Source: Blastocatellia bacterium
Lineage (GTDB): Bacteria > Acidobacteriota > Blastocatellia > RBC074
Assembly (NCBI GenBank): GCA_031409955.1
Contig: JANNYF010000338.1
Location: 592 to 64,591 of the forward strand
DNA length: 64,000 nucleotides
Direction: 5' to 3'
The notes below the pieces were generated by a model. It did not search any database. It saw nothing but the letters and a program-made list of their open reading frames with translations, and was not told the origin of the DNA. The position numbers and the translations under genes were made by a program. Positions 19,268 to 30,172 of this stretch are shown piece after piece. Position 1 is the first letter of the stretch; each line of letters starts with the position of its first letter.

Positions 19268-21466
19268 ATGATTCCCTCGACACCCCGCAGATTTGTTGTG
19301 ACCATCTCTTTGCTCCTTTCGCTCTTCGCTCTTGCCCTGGCCGACACGCCGATCATTCGAATGGCCCGCCTCAGCTTGATCGAAGGCGAGGTTAGCTATC
19401 GCCGCGCCAATCAAGACGACAAAGCCTGGTATGACGCTTCGACGAACACGCCGTTGGGCGAAAACGATCAGGTCTTTACCGGCCCACAAGGCCGCGCTGA
19501 AATTCAACTCACCGGGCGCAACATCGTGCGCCTTGATTTCGACACCAGTTTCAAGATTTCGCAATTCACCACTGCGATCACCCAAATTGGCCTGCCGCTG
19601 GGCAATGCGACATTTCGCATTGACAGCCTTGACCGCCGTCAATTCGACATCGTAGACGCGAAGGATTCCAGCCGGGAGGAGCCGCTCTACTTTGAAGTCA
19701 ACACGCCAACCGTTTCTGTAACGTTGCTCAAAACGGGCGATTACCGCATCAACGTGCAGGAAAATGGTGCGACCGAAATCCTTGTTCGCAGCGGCGAGGC
19801 GGAAGTGTACAGCCAGGAACTCGGCACGATTGTGGTCAAGAAAGGTCGCCGCATCGTGATCGAAGGCGATGGGTTGGGCTATCACCAAACCGCCAAGCTA
19901 CAAGACAAAGACACGTTTGATCGCTGGAATGATCGGCGTGATGACGAGTTATCGTATCAATCCGATTCGCTCAGCGCGCAGTATGTGCCGCAGGGCATTC
20001 CGGGCGTGTATGACTTGGATCGGCACGGCGATTGGTGGCAGACGTCGGATTATGGCTACGTCTGGTCGCCGCGCACAGTGGCTGCGGGCTGGTCGCCATA
20101 TCGTGTCGGCGCGTGGCGCTGGTATTCGGATTGGGGCTGGACGTGGGTGTCAACGGAGCCTTGGGGCTGGGCACCCTATCACTACGGTCGTTGGTCATAC
20201 GTTCGCAATCGTTGGTGCTGGATTCCACGCGGCGGATTGTCGGTTGGATTCTCGTGGTCACCGGCATTGGTGACGTGGTTTGGATGGGGCAATGGCGGGT
20301 ACAATCGCGGCTATAACAATGGGTATCGTGATGGGCGTTATGATTCGCTGGGTTGGATTCCGCTTGGCCCGGGCGAGCATTATTATAATCAACACGGGCG
20401 GCGCGGAAACACGACCATTGTCAACAATACGAATATTTACGGCAACGGCAATACGGTCATCAATCAACGGATTGACAACTATCGCAACCACAACGCGCCG
20501 GGCGGCATCACGCGAATGGATGGGCGGCGCTTTGAGACGCATCGCGTCGCTGTCAATAACGTTGACACGACGCCGATTCAGCCACCGATCATTCGCTCTG
20601 CCGTGACGGCGCGGGGCGACAGTATGCGTCCGGTTGCGGGCCCAAACACGCAACCACCTGTCAACCCGGCGGCTGATCCAACGAACAGACCCGTGACGCA
20701 GCGTGAGGTCATTTCGCGGAGCTTCAATCGTGGCGGCGAAGGGGTTCGGTCAAGTGTCGAGCGTAGAAGCGATGTCATCAATGGCGTGCCGACTTTGCGG
20801 AGTGGTGACGTGGATCGAACGGCACGACCTGGCCGCCGGGATGACAACCAGAATACGAATCGCGTTGGCGTGACGCCTGATGCTTCAAGAGTGACGAACC
20901 GGGCGGGCAACACCGACACGACGGATCGCACCAACGCCGACCGCGCCAATCCAGATCGCAATTCCAACAGCGAATATCGCCGCCCTGATCGTAGCAGTGA
21001 CCGCAGCAGTGATCGGCCTGTGATTGAGCGTCCCACCACGCCTGCGCCGCGTAACACCGAGCAACCAAGTGGGGATCGAACGGAACGCCCAAACCGTCCC
21101 TACACATTTGGGGGCGACAACAATCGGCGCGAAGAAAATCGCCGTGCTACCAACCCGCCGGAAGCTGCACCGCGTCGTACGGAAACCGAGCGCCGCGAAG
21201 CCCCGACACGTCGTGTTGAAGAGACGCCGCGCTACGAAGCTCCGCGTCAGGAACCACCGCGTGAATCTCGCCGCGAAGAACGTCCCGAACCAGCGCGCGA
21301 AACTCGCTCGGAGCGCTATGAACGCCCGTCTGCGCCTCCTCCGCGTCAGGAAGCGCCACGTCAGGAAGCCGCACCGCGTCAGTCCGAACGCCCCAGCTCG
21401 CCTCCGCCCAGTAACGGTGGCGGTGGAGATCGTGGCGAACGACCCACGCGCAGACCACCATCGTAG
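19268..21466 (+). CDS. Secreted protein with an N-terminal FecR-like domain, a central Trp-rich domain and a long disordered C-terminal tail
   Basis: A signal peptide; a FecR-like segment (RLSLIEGEVSYRRAN...FTGPQGRAEIQL); a Trp-rich block (WWQTSDYGYVWSP...GWSPYRVGAWRWYSDWGWTWVSTEPWGWAPYHYGRW); then an N/G-rich region and a 330-aa R/E/P/T-rich region. A strong GGAGA ribosome-binding site is present. Confidence 0.6.
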   Translation: MIPSTPRRFVVTISLLLSLFALALADTPIIRMARLSLIEGEVSYRRANQDDKAWYDASTNTPLGENDQVFTGPQGRAEIQLTGRNIVRLDFDTSFKISQFTTAITQIGLPLGNATFRIDSLDRRQFDIVDAKDSSREEPLYFEVNTPTVSVTLLKTGDYRINVQENGATEILVRSGEAEVYSQELGTIVVKKGRRIVIEGDGLGYHQTAKLQDKDTFDRWNDRRDDELSYQSDSLSAQYVPQGIPGVYDLDRHGDWWQTSDYGYVWSPRTVAAGWSPYRVGAWRWYSDWGWTWVSTEPWGWAPYHYGRWSYVRNRWCWIPRGGLSVGFSWSPALVTWFGWGNGGYNRGYNNGYRDGRYDSLGWIPLGPGEHYYNQHGRRGNTTIVNNTNIYGNGNTVINQRIDNYRNHNAPGGITRMDGRRFETHRVAVNNVDTTPIQPPIIRSAVTARGDSMRPVAGPNTQPPVNPAADPTNRPVTQREVISRSFNRGGEGVRSSVERRSDVINGVPTLRSGDVDRTARPGRRDDNQNTNRVGVTPDASRVTNRAGNTDTTDRTNADRANPDRNSNSEYRRPDRSSDRSSDRPVIERPTTPAPRNTEQPSGDRTERPNRPYTFGGDNNRREENRRATNPPEAAPRRTETERREAPTRRVEETPRYEAPRQEPPRESRREERPEPARETRSERYERPSAPPPRQEAPRQEAAPRQSERPSSPPPSNGGGGDRGERPTRRPPS

Positions 21467-21477
21467 GATTGAATTTC

Positions 21478-21541
21478 TCACGTAGTAGCGAATTCATTCG
21501 CGGGCTTGGCGGAGCAAATGAATTTGCTACTACGTGTTTTG
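21478..21541. repeat. Palindromic intergenic element, family A copy 2. It looks like a rho-independent terminator.
   Basis: tcacgtagtagcgaattcattcgc ... gcaaatgaatttgctactacgtg followed by TTTTG. It is nearly identical to 3388-3448. Confidence 0.65.
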
Positions 21542-21917
21542 CGATCCAACAGAATCCGTCACCTCCAAGTGACAGACATCGTCAATTTCTGGTTGACATA
21601 ACCAAATCATAAAACCTCTTCCATCGCGCAAACCCCTATCAATATTGGCTCAAATCAATCGGCATCGCTTAATCATCGCTTTGGCACAGCGTTCGCAACA
21701 TTGATTAACGAGAAAAGACGCTCGGTTGATTGTCGTCGTAGTGGTTAGTTTGGGTTGTTCGGCGGCGACAGTTTCGGGGCCACCGCGCGTCTTTTCCGTT
21801 CCTCACTCATCTAATAAAATAATAAAAAAAGATTGTCCTCACCCTATTTCAGCCAGTTCGCCGCCAGTGTTATAGTTTCGTTTTATTCCTCAATTCAGGA
21901 GAAACGCAAACGCACTG

Positions 21918-23069
21918 GTGGATACTTTTTTTTTCTATCTCGCCCTCCTTACGCTCTTCTTTTTTGTCAGCTTTGGCATTGAGTTGGTCCTTGGCAATCG
22001 CACGATCAAGTTTCTGAAAGACGTGGCGCGGTTGGTTTCGATCAATCCGCCGCGCGTGTCCGTCATCATCGCCGCCCGCAATGAAGAGCGCGAAATCGAA
22101 GCCGCCCTGCATTCCCTCCTGACCCAAAACTACGAAAACCTTGAAGTCCTAGTCGTCAATGATCGTTCGACCGATGCCACGGGAAAGATTTTGGCGCAAA
22201 TGGTGGAACAGCATTCTGAACTGCGCGTCGTCACGATCACGGAATTGCCGGCTCACTGGCTGGGCAAAAATCACGCGCTTTACACGGGCGCTCGACAAGC
22301 CACCGGACAGCTTTTGTTGTTCACCGATGCGGATGTGATGATGGATTTTGACGCGGTGAGTAAGGCCGTGCAGTACCTGTTGGAGCAGCGCCTTGATCAC
22401 CTGACTTGTGTCCCCGCGCAAACGTCTCCCAGCCTGCTATTGCGTATTTTCATTGCTGCGTTTGGGTTTTTCTTTGCCTTGAATACGCGGCCCTGGCGGG
22501 TGAAGCGACCGAATCGCTGGCACATTGGCATCGGCGCGTTTCAATTGATCCGCGCGGAGTTTTACCATCAGATCGGCGGTCATGTTCCCATCGCATTGCG
22601 CCCGGACGACGATCTGAAACTGGGCAAACTCATCAAGCAAAACGGCGGGCGACAGGAAATGGTGTGGGGCAAAGGCGTGGTGAGTGTCGCGTGGTATCAC
22701 TCGGTCAAAGAACTGATTGATGGCTTGATGAAGAACGCGTTCGCAGGCGTCGGATACAGTTTCTTGCTGGTGATTTTCGCCACCATCGCCCTGTTTGTTT
22801 TCATGGTGTTCCCCTTCCTCGCAGTCTTTTTGACGACGGGGAAAACGCTGCTGCTCAACGTCGCGGCCCTTGTCGCCCTCGTTTTGATTTGCTGGGACAA
22901 TGCGCGGTTTCTCGGCTTGCGTCGTTGGTATGTGATCGGCTTTCCGTTCGCCACGCTGCTGTTCATTTACATCCTCTGGAAATCAGCCTTGCGAGCCACG
23001 ATTCGGGGCGGCATTGATTGGCGCGGAACGCATTATTCATTGAAGGAATTACGGCAGAATAAGATTTGA
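21918..23069 (+). CDS. Family-2 glycosyltransferase (membrane-associated)
   Basis: N-terminal transmembrane segment, VSVIIAARNEE...VLVVNDRSTD (DxD-type GT-A fold), FTDADV, and C-terminal transmembrane helices. It has a GTG start at 21918; the distal ribosome-binding site makes the start uncertain. Confidence 0.65.
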   Translation: MDTFFFYLALLTLFFFVSFGIELVLGNRTIKFLKDVARLVSINPPRVSVIIAARNEEREIEAALHSLLTQNYENLEVLVVNDRSTDATGKILAQMVEQHSELRVVTITELPAHWLGKNHALYTGARQATGQLLLFTDADVMMDFDAVSKAVQYLLEQRLDHLTCVPAQTSPSLLLRIFIAAFGFFFALNTRPWRVKRPNRWHIGIGAFQLIRAEFYHQIGGHVPIALRPDDDLKLGKLIKQNGGRQEMVWGKGVVSVAWYHSVKELIDGLMKNAFAGVGYSFLLVIFATIALFVFMVFPFLAVFLTTGKTLLLNVAALVALVLICWDNARFLGLRRWYVIGFPFATLLFIYILWKSALRATIRGGIDWRGTHYSLKELRQNKI

Positions 23070-23081
23070 AGAACAAAAGAG

Positions 23082-23194
23082 TTTAGCCGCGAATTGACGC
23101 GAATGAGGCGCGAATTGGTTTTGGGATGGAGCAGGCAATCTAAAGTCTAAAATCAGAATCGTTCGCGTAAAATTCGCGTCAATTCGCGGCTAAA
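23082..23194. repeat. 113-bp miniature element with perfect 23-bp terminal inverted repeats (tttagccgcgaattgacgcgaat / attcgcgtcaattcgcggctaaa)
   Basis: Read directly. The two arms are exact reverse complements, and an internal cgcgaatt motif is repeated. The element sits between the GT2 gene and the aminoacylase gene. Confidence 0.65.
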
Positions 23195-23229
23195 AAACTA
23201 CCTAATCAATTTTCAATCTCTAACCTCTA

Positions 23230-24867
23230 ATGTTCGACCTTCTCATCACCAACACTTCCATCCTCGACGGCACAGGCCAGCCCGCGTACCCCGCCGACCT
23301 CGCCATCAACGGCAATCGCATCACGGCGTTGGGACAACTGCAAAATCTCAAAGCGCGAACAACCATCAATGCCGAAAACCTAACGCTCATTCCCGGCATC
23401 ATTGATCCGCATTCGCACGCCGATTTGATTCTGCCGCTCGCACCGCACCGCCAAGCCGAATTGCTGCGTTGCAAACTGGCGCAAGGCATCACGACCACGA
23501 TCATCGGCAATTGTGGCTTGGGCTGTGCGCCGCTTGGCAATCCCGCCGCCGAAACCATTTTGCGTGCGGTCAATGCGTGGATGACGCCTGAAACTGTGCA
23601 TTGGAACTGGCGCACGGTCGGCGAATATCTGGATCAATTGGAAAGCAACGGCTTGAGTTTGAATATCGCTACGCTTGCGCCGCACGGCCCGATTCGCATT
23701 TCGGCGATGGGCTTGGCGAAAGCCCAGCCGTCGCGCTCGCAATTGAAAACAATGCAGGCGATGACCGAGCAGGCGATGAGAGACGGCGCGTTGGGGCTTT
23801 CGACCGGATTGATTTATCCGCCCGGCATGTATTCCGATTTCGCGGAATTGCAATCGCTCGCGGAAGTTGTGAAAGACTGCGACGGCATTTACACCAGCCA
23901 CATTCGCGGCTCCAGCGAAACATTGATCCCAGCCGTGCGCGAACTGCTCAACATCGGGCGCACCACTGGTGTGCGCGTCCATCATTCGCACAACGAAGCG
24001 GTCGGGCGCGCGCATTGGGCGAAGATTGATCGCGTGTTGGCAATGGAGGAAGAGGCAGTAAAATCAGGCTTGCGCGTGAGCTTCGATATGTTTCCGTACA
24101 CTGCCGCCGCGACGATGATGATTGCGATTTATCCGCCCTGGGCGCTGGAAGACGGCGTAGATGCGTTGCTCGCACGTCTGCAAAACCCGAAGACACGCGC
24201 CCGCATTCGACGCGATATTGCCGAGCGCAAATCCAGTTGCTCGCCCAACGGCTGGCCGCATAATCTGGTGCGCGCGACTGGTTGGGAGGCGATTTTTATT
24301 GGCTACGTGGCGAGTCGGAAAAACAAACGCTTCGAAAATCGCAGTCTGCTTGAATTGGCGAAGCTCACGAATAAAGACCCGTTCGACGCGATTTCCGATT
24401 TGCTGATTGCCGAGCGCGGGCAAGTCTCAATGCTGATTTTTGCAGTCAGCGGCGAACAGAATTCACGCGAATTGCTCAGCAAATATGCCAAACATCCGCT
24501 CAGCACGTTTTGCACGGATGCCGAAGATTACGGGCGCGGCTTGCCGCATCCTGCTGCTTACGGAGCGTTCGCCAAAATCTTCGCGCGGTTCGTCCGTGAA
24601 GATAAAACGCTCACGCTGGCCGAAGCAGTGCGCAAGATGACTTCATATCCCGCCCAGATTTTCGGCCTCAAAGATCGCGGCGTCATTCGTCCCGGAGCTT
24701 TTGCCGATTTGGTCTTGCTGGCTCCAAGCCAAATCAAAGATCGCGCAACCTACTCGCATCCACGCCGCGCTGCGACAGGGATCAAATGCGTGATCGTCAA
24801 TGGGAATATTGCTTTTGCGGAAGGCGAATGGAACAATCAGCCCAGCGGCGTTGTTATCAAACGCTAA
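23230..24867 (+). CDS. N-acyl-D-amino-acid deacylase (D-aminoacylase) family amidohydrolase
   Basis: LLITNTSILDG...INGNRITALG...LIPGIIDPHSHAD, and a metal-binding HxH of the amidohydrolase superfamily. The length and C-terminal domain are typical of D-aminoacylases. Confidence 0.75.
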   Translation: MFDLLITNTSILDGTGQPAYPADLAINGNRITALGQLQNLKARTTINAENLTLIPGIIDPHSHADLILPLAPHRQAELLRCKLAQGITTTIIGNCGLGCAPLGNPAAETILRAVNAWMTPETVHWNWRTVGEYLDQLESNGLSLNIATLAPHGPIRISAMGLAKAQPSRSQLKTMQAMTEQAMRDGALGLSTGLIYPPGMYSDFAELQSLAEVVKDCDGIYTSHIRGSSETLIPAVRELLNIGRTTGVRVHHSHNEAVGRAHWAKIDRVLAMEEEAVKSGLRVSFDMFPYTAAATMMIAIYPPWALEDGVDALLARLQNPKTRARIRRDIAERKSSCSPNGWPHNLVRATGWEAIFIGYVASRKNKRFENRSLLELAKLTNKDPFDAISDLLIAERGQVSMLIFAVSGEQNSRELLSKYAKHPLSTFCTDAEDYGRGLPHPAAYGAFAKIFARFVREDKTLTLAEAVRKMTSYPAQIFGLKDRGVIRPGAFADLVLLAPSQIKDRATYSHPRRAATGIKCVIVNGNIAFAEGEWNNQPSGVVIKR

Positions 24868-24887
24868 CTCCATCAGCGTTTCGGTGC

Positions 24888-25012
24888 GCGACTCAGGACG
24901 AAAGTTAATGCGCCTGATTCCTGATTCCCGATTCCTGATGCCTGATAACAAAAGGGAAATATTATAGGCATGTTTCCTTTTGTGGTCAGGCATCAGGAAT
25001 CGGGAATCAGAT
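24888..25012. repeat. Palindromic miniature element, family B copy 1 (CTGATTCC / GGAATCAG repeat units)
   Basis: ctgattcccgattcctgatgcctgat and its 26-bp reverse complement ggtcaggcatcaggaatcgggaatcag, flanking a nested aaagggaaa/tttcctttt hairpin. Confidence 0.65.
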
Positions 25013-25048
25013 AAGACAGATTTCAGCGACGATTAAACTGGAGACTTT

Positions 25049-27307
25049 ATGGCGAATGCTACGAAACCCGCAACTATCTTCCGCCCGTTCATTGCTGCCG
25101 AAAGCAAGCTGCGCGAACTGACGCCGATCCCGCTGATTCTCGGCACCTTGCTCGGCATCGTGTTTGGCGCGTCGTCGTTGTACCTCGTGCTGAAAACAGG
25201 CTTAACGGTCAGCGCGTCAATTCCGGTTGCAGTCATCTCGATCACGATCTTTCGCCTGCTTTCCAAAGTTGGATTGAAGAACGCGACGATCCTGGAAAAC
25301 AACATTGTGCAGACTGCTGGTTCCGCAGGCGAATCCATCGCGTTTGGCTTCGGCGCGACGATGCCGGCGATTATGATTTTGGGCTTTGATCTCGAAATCC
25401 TGAACGTGATGTTGGTCGGCGTGCTAGGCGGATTGCTCGGCATTCTGATGATGATTCCGCTGCGGCGCGCGTTGATTGTGCAGCAACACGGCGTGCTGAA
25501 ATATCCCGAAGGCACAGCTTGCGCGGAAGTATTGAAAGCGGGCGCAGACGAAGAATCGCTGCAAGCCGCTATCGCCTCCGGTTCCGCCGCCGAAGTCAGC
25601 CACACCAAAATCGGCGCGAAAACAATCTTCACCGGCTTCGGCATCGGCTTGGCATACAAGTCGGCGATGTCGGCGTTCAAGCTGTGGAAAGAAGTGCCGG
25701 AACGCGTGTTTGGTGCGCCCTTCAAAGGCGGTTCAGTGTCGGCAGAGATTTCGCCTGAACTGCTCGGCGTCGGCTACATCATCGGGCCGTACATCGCAGG
25801 GTTGATGGTGGGCGGCGGCGTGCTGGCGTATCTGGTGCTGATTCCGGCGATTCAATTTTTTGGCGGCGCGTTGCAAACTCCGCTTGATCCGGGCACAAAG
25901 CTCATCAGCGCAATGTCGCCCGACGAAATTCGCAGCGCGTATGTTTTGTACATCGGCGCAGGCTCGGTCGCCGCCGCAGGCATCATCAGTGTGTTTCGTT
26001 CGTTGCCGACAATTTGGAGCAGCATTCGCAGCGGCATCCGCGACCTGCGCGGCTCGCAATCATCGGGCGACAACAATGACCGCACCGAACAAGACATTTC
26101 GATGAAGTGGGTGATTGTCGGCATCGTCGGGCTGATGGTGTTGATTATGGCGTTTCGTTCGTTGCAGATGAACTTCCTCGGCGCGTTGATGATTGTGCTG
26201 TTTGGCTTTTTGTTTGTGACGGTTTCGTCGCGGCTGACAGGCGAAGTCGGTTCTTCGTCCAATCCAATTTCCGGCATGACGTATGCGACGTTGCTGCTGA
26301 CTTGTTTGATCTTCCTGATCGTAGGCTGGACTACGCCAGCGTATTACGTGACCGCGTTGTCGGTGGGCGCAATCGTGTGCATCGCGGCATCGAATGGCGG
26401 CACGACTTCGCAGGATTTGAAGACCGGTTTTTTGGTCGGAGCGACGCCGAAGTATCAGCAGATTGCGATTCTCTTTGGCTCGTTGGCGTCGGCGATTGTC
26501 CTGGGGCCAATTCTGTTGCGGCTGAATGACACCGGGACAGTTTACGTCAAGCAAGCGGCGACAGAATTGCGCGCGAACGTTTCGGAACTGAAAGACCGCG
26601 AAGCCATCAAAGGCCCGCAAGCTGACGGCAATTCGTACCTCGTTTGGCATCGCACCGACCAAAACGGCGAGACGAAAAAATATCTCGTCAACGAGCAAGG
26701 CACGCCCGTGTATTTGGTTGATCCCGGCATCAACGGAACCGTAGACAAACGGCCTGACGGCTCATCCGTGCCGAAGTTCGATGCGCCGAAAGCGGTGCTT
26801 GTGTCGTACATCATCAAAGGCATTTTGAATCAAAAGCTGCCGTGGGGATTGGTGCTGTTGGGCGTAATGATTACGGTGATGTTGGAGTGCGCCGGAGTGC
26901 CTTCGCTCGCGTTTGCGGTCGGCGTATATTTGCCGCTTTCGACTTCGATGCCGATATTTATTGGTGGCGCGATTCGTTGGGCCGTGGATTTGTACTTGCG
27001 CAAAAAGCTTGCGCGACAGAATTTGACCGAAGAACAATTCAACGCCGAAACCGATAAAAGCCCCGGCGTGTTGATGGCGTCGGGCTACATCGCAGGCGGC
27101 GCGATTGCGGGCATCATCATCGCGTTTTTGGCTGGCGTGCTGACCGATACGAATGTTCAGATTGAAGAATGGGCGCGGGCGCACAATCCATTTTTTGTCG
27201 GCGATAATGCCAATCTGTTGTCGCTCATCCCGTTCGTTGTGCTGATCGTGCTGCTGTATTTGACGGGGCGCGAAAAGATTCTGACCAGTCAGTCGAGCGA
27301 CCAATAG
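25049..27307 (+). CDS. OPT-family oligopeptide transporter
   Basis: About 16 transmembrane helices with the OPT pattern ([44 protein letters not shown]...KYPEGTAC) and a roughly 100-aa soluble insert. Confidence 0.8.
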   Translation: MANATKPATIFRPFIAAESKLRELTPIPLILGTLLGIVFGASSLYLVLKTGLTVSASIPVAVISITIFRLLSKVGLKNATILENNIVQTAGSAGESIAFGFGATMPAIMILGFDLEILNVMLVGVLGGLLGILMMIPLRRALIVQQHGVLKYPEGTACAEVLKAGADEESLQAAIASGSAAEVSHTKIGAKTIFTGFGIGLAYKSAMSAFKLWKEVPERVFGAPFKGGSVSAEISPELLGVGYIIGPYIAGLMVGGGVLAYLVLIPAIQFFGGALQTPLDPGTKLISAMSPDEIRSAYVLYIGAGSVAAAGIISVFRSLPTIWSSIRSGIRDLRGSQSSGDNNDRTEQDISMKWVIVGIVGLMVLIMAFRSLQMNFLGALMIVLFGFLFVTVSSRLTGEVGSSSNPISGMTYATLLLTCLIFLIVGWTTPAYYVTALSVGAIVCIAASNGGTTSQDLKTGFLVGATPKYQQIAILFGSLASAIVLGPILLRLNDTGTVYVKQAATELRANVSELKDREAIKGPQADGNSYLVWHRTDQNGETKKYLVNEQGTPVYLVDPGINGTVDKRPDGSSVPKFDAPKAVLVSYIIKGILNQKLPWGLVLLGVMITVMLECAGVPSLAFAVGVYLPLSTSMPIFIGGAIRWAVDLYLRKKLARQNLTEEQFNAETDKSPGVLMASGYIAGGAIAGIIIAFLAGVLTDTNVQIEEWARAHNPFFVGDNANLLSLIPFVVLIVLLYLTGREKILTSQSSDQ

Positions 27308-27483
27308 GTTGAAGCCCAGCAAGGGAATTTGGCTGTGGCAGAGTTTCCATTTTTTATTCTCCCTTGCCCCTTCTCCCTTGCACGTATTGAATTAGCCCTC
27401 GTAATCCATTTGCGACAAAACATTTTGCATTCAATTGAAAAGGGGAAATTGAGAATTGAGAATGCCCCCATCGGAGATGATTT

Positions 27484-28944
27484 ATGAAACCCTACCTGTC
27501 CTGGCTCTTATTGACCTTTTGTGTGCTGGCTTCACTGCCGATTGCGGCACAACCCAAGCCGCCCAACATCGTCTTCATCATGACGGACGATCACGCCGCG
27601 CATGCGATTAGCTCTTACGGCAGCAAGTTGATCAAAACGCCGAACATTGATCGCCTGGCAAAAGAAGGGATGCGGTTTGCCAACGCCTTCGTCACGAATT
27701 CGATTTGCACGCCCAGTCGCGCGGTCATTCTGTCCGGCAAATACTCGCACCTGAACGGCGTGCCGACCTTCAATCACATAGACAATTCGCAGCCGCTGGT
27801 GTCGAAGTATTTGCAGGCCGCAGGCTATCACACTGGAATGATTGGCAAGTGGCATCTCGGCGCAAATGATCCGAATCGCCCGACTGAAGGCGCTCCGACG
27901 GGCTTTGATTATTGGAACATTTTGCCGGGGCAGGGCGCGTACTTTGATCCGGTCATGATTGAAATGGGGCAGCGCAAAAAGCTGACGGGCTACGCGACCG
28001 ACATCATTACTGACCTTTCGATTGACTTCATCAAGCAGCGCCCGACCGATAAGCCATTTTTCCTGATGTATCACCACAAAGCGCCGCATCGCAATTGGCA
28101 GCCAGCAGAGAAATATCGCAAGCAATATGAAAACTACGAACCGCCGATTCCCGCGACGTTTGATGACGATTACAAGGGCAAATCAGACGCGTCGAAGCAA
28201 TCTACGATGCACATTGACACGGATTTGACCGACGCCGATTTGAAGATGAAACCGCCCGCAGGTTTGAGCGGTGCAGCATTGAAGAAGTGGAAATTCAAAC
28301 GCTATATGCAGGATTATCTGGCTTGCGTGCAATCCGTAGACGACAACATCGGGCGTTTTCTGGCGTTCCTCGATCAGTCTGGCTTAGCCGAAAACACGAT
28401 AGTGATTTACACCTCGGATCAAGGCTTTTTCCTGGGCGAGCATAACTTTTTCGACAAGCGGTTTATGTACGAAGAATCGCTACGCACACCGTTCGTCATT
28501 CGCTGGCCGAAGAAGATCAAAGCGGGTTCCGTGAGCAAAAGCATGATCCTGAATTTAGATTTTGCGCCGACGTTCCTGGATGCCGCAGGCGCGAAAATCC
28601 CCGCCGATATGCAAGGCCGCAGCATCCTGCCGTTGCTCGCGGGCAAAGTGCCGAGGGATTGGCGCACTTCGATGTATTACCGCTATTACCATCCGGGGCA
28701 TCACAACGTGGCCGCGCATTATGGCGTGCGCACCACGCGCTACAAACTGATTTACTTCAATAAGCTGAATCAGTGGGAATTGTACGATCTGCAAAAAGAC
28801 CCTGGCGAGATGCGCAATGTGTACAGCGAGCCAAGCTCTGCGAAGATTGTTGAGCAGTTGAAGAAAGAGTTGCAGCGGCTGAAGAAAGAATGCAAAGACG
28901 ACGATCAATTCGCCGATAATTTGCCGAAAGATGATGTTGGATAA
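27484..28944 (+). CDS. Sulfatase (formylglycine-dependent)
   Basis: Signal peptide, [11 protein letters not shown], the sulfatase signature C-T-P-S-R in [16 protein letters not shown], and GKWHLG. Confidence 0.85.
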   Translation: MKPYLSWLLLTFCVLASLPIAAQPKPPNIVFIMTDDHAAHAISSYGSKLIKTPNIDRLAKEGMRFANAFVTNSICTPSRAVILSGKYSHLNGVPTFNHIDNSQPLVSKYLQAAGYHTGMIGKWHLGANDPNRPTEGAPTGFDYWNILPGQGAYFDPVMIEMGQRKKLTGYATDIITDLSIDFIKQRPTDKPFFLMYHHKAPHRNWQPAEKYRKQYENYEPPIPATFDDDYKGKSDASKQSTMHIDTDLTDADLKMKPPAGLSGAALKKWKFKRYMQDYLACVQSVDDNIGRFLAFLDQSGLAENTIVIYTSDQGFFLGEHNFFDKRFMYEESLRTPFVIRWPKKIKAGSVSKSMILNLDFAPTFLDAAGAKIPADMQGRSILPLLAGKVPRDWRTSMYYRYYHPGHHNVAAHYGVRTTRYKLIYFNKLNQWELYDLQKDPGEMRNVYSEPSSAKIVEQLKKELQRLKKECKDDDQFADNLPKDDVG

Positions 28945-28945
28945 T

Positions 28946-29075
28946 TACTCAGGATCAAGCCGGAAATGACTTGGCCATCTGCCTGATTCCCGATGCCTGA
29001 TTCCTGACTCCTGCGCACCAAAACAGTTCTTGATTTTGTGGTCAGGGATGAGGGATCAGGCATCGGGAATCAGGC
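28946..29075. repeat. Palindromic miniature element, family B copy 2
   Basis: cctgattcccgatgcctgattcctgactcc ... ttttgtggtcagggatgagggatcaggcatcgggaatcagg. It shares the CTGATTCC unit and the ttttgtggtcagg core with copy 1. Confidence 0.65.
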
Positions 29076-29098
29076 GAAGCCACTCCGTGGAGAATCGT

Positions 29099-30169
29099 AT
29101 GCACCGTAAATTCATAGTTATTTTCGCGTTTGTGTTGTTGCTGTCGGCTGTAGCGCGTGCCGACAAAATTGACGATTACATCAAAGCCGAAATGCTGAAA
29201 CAACGCGTTCCGGGGCTTTCGCTGGCGGTTGTCAAGGACGGCAAAATCATCAAGGCGCAAGGCTACGGTTTGGCGAATGTTGAACATAACATCCCCGCCA
29301 AACCGGAGACGGTTTACAAGATTGCTTCGGTCAGCAAACAGTTCCTGGCGACGGGGATTATGTTGCTGGCGCAAGACGGCAAACTGCGCGTGGACGATAA
29401 GGTCAGCCAATATCTTGATGGCACGCCTGAGACGTGGAAGGCGATTACGATTCGGCATTTTCTGACGCACACCTCGGGCGTTGTGCGCGAAGCGCCAGGC
29501 TTCAATGCCTTCAAAGTGCAGGACGATTTCGACGTGATCAAAACCGCCTATTCGTTGCCGCTGCGGTTCACGACCGGAGAGAAATACGAATATTGCAATG
29601 TCGGCTACTTCTCGCTGGCCGAAATCATTCGCCGCGTTTCCGGCAAAGGCTGGGAGGAGTTTTTGCAGGAGCGTATTTTCGCGCCAATGGGAATGACCGC
29701 GACACGCGCAACGACCACCAAAGCCGTCGTGCCGCATCGCGCTGATGGGTACGAGTGGAACAAAGACACCATGCAGAACGCGCTGGATTATTTGGCGTTG
29801 CGTCCGAGCGGTGCATTTCTGTCCAGCGTGCTTGATCTGGCGAAGTGGGATGCGGCGCTTTACACCGACAAGTACCTGACTCAAACCACGCGCACACAAA
29901 TGTGGACGCCGATGCCATTGAACAACGGCGCAAAATATCCTTATGGGTTTGGTTGGGACTTGGCTCCGCTGGGCAATCACAAACAAGTGAGTCACGGCGG
30001 CTCGTTGCCGGGCTTCCGCGCGCATTTCTCGCGCTTTGTGGATGATAAACTTTCGATCATCGTGCTGACCAATAGCGGCAACGCCACCCCGCAGGCCGTG
30101 GTGAATGGCGTGGCTGCGCTCTACTTCCCCGATTTGGCAGTGTCGGCAAAAGCTGCCGGAACGAGGTAG
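29099..30169 (+). CDS. Beta-lactamase-family serine hydrolase (class C / DD-peptidase-like), secreted
   Basis: Signal peptide (MHRKFIVIFAFVLLLSAVARA), the SxxK motif in ASVSKQF, a YxN-like motif and HGGS. The start was taken at the internal Met because the upstream extension would run through repeat family B. Confidence 0.75.
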   Translation: MHRKFIVIFAFVLLLSAVARADKIDDYIKAEMLKQRVPGLSLAVVKDGKIIKAQGYGLANVEHNIPAKPETVYKIASVSKQFLATGIMLLAQDGKLRVDDKVSQYLDGTPETWKAITIRHFLTHTSGVVREAPGFNAFKVQDDFDVIKTAYSLPLRFTTGEKYEYCNVGYFSLAEIIRRVSGKGWEEFLQERIFAPMGMTATRATTTKAVVPHRADGYEWNKDTMQNALDYLALRPSGAFLSSVLDLAKWDAALYTDKYLTQTTRTQMWTPMPLNNGAKYPYGFGWDLAPLGNHKQVSHGGSLPGFRAHFSRFVDDKLSIIVLTNSGNATPQAVVNGVAALYFPDLAVSAKAAGTR

Positions 30170-30172
30170 TAA

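Noticed and set aside
29030-29098. The upstream extension of the beta-lactamase-family ORF (MILWSGMRDQASGIRRSHSVENR).
   Set aside because: The extension is encoded entirely by the family B palindromic repeat and precedes a good signal peptide that starts at the internal Met, so it is probably not translated.
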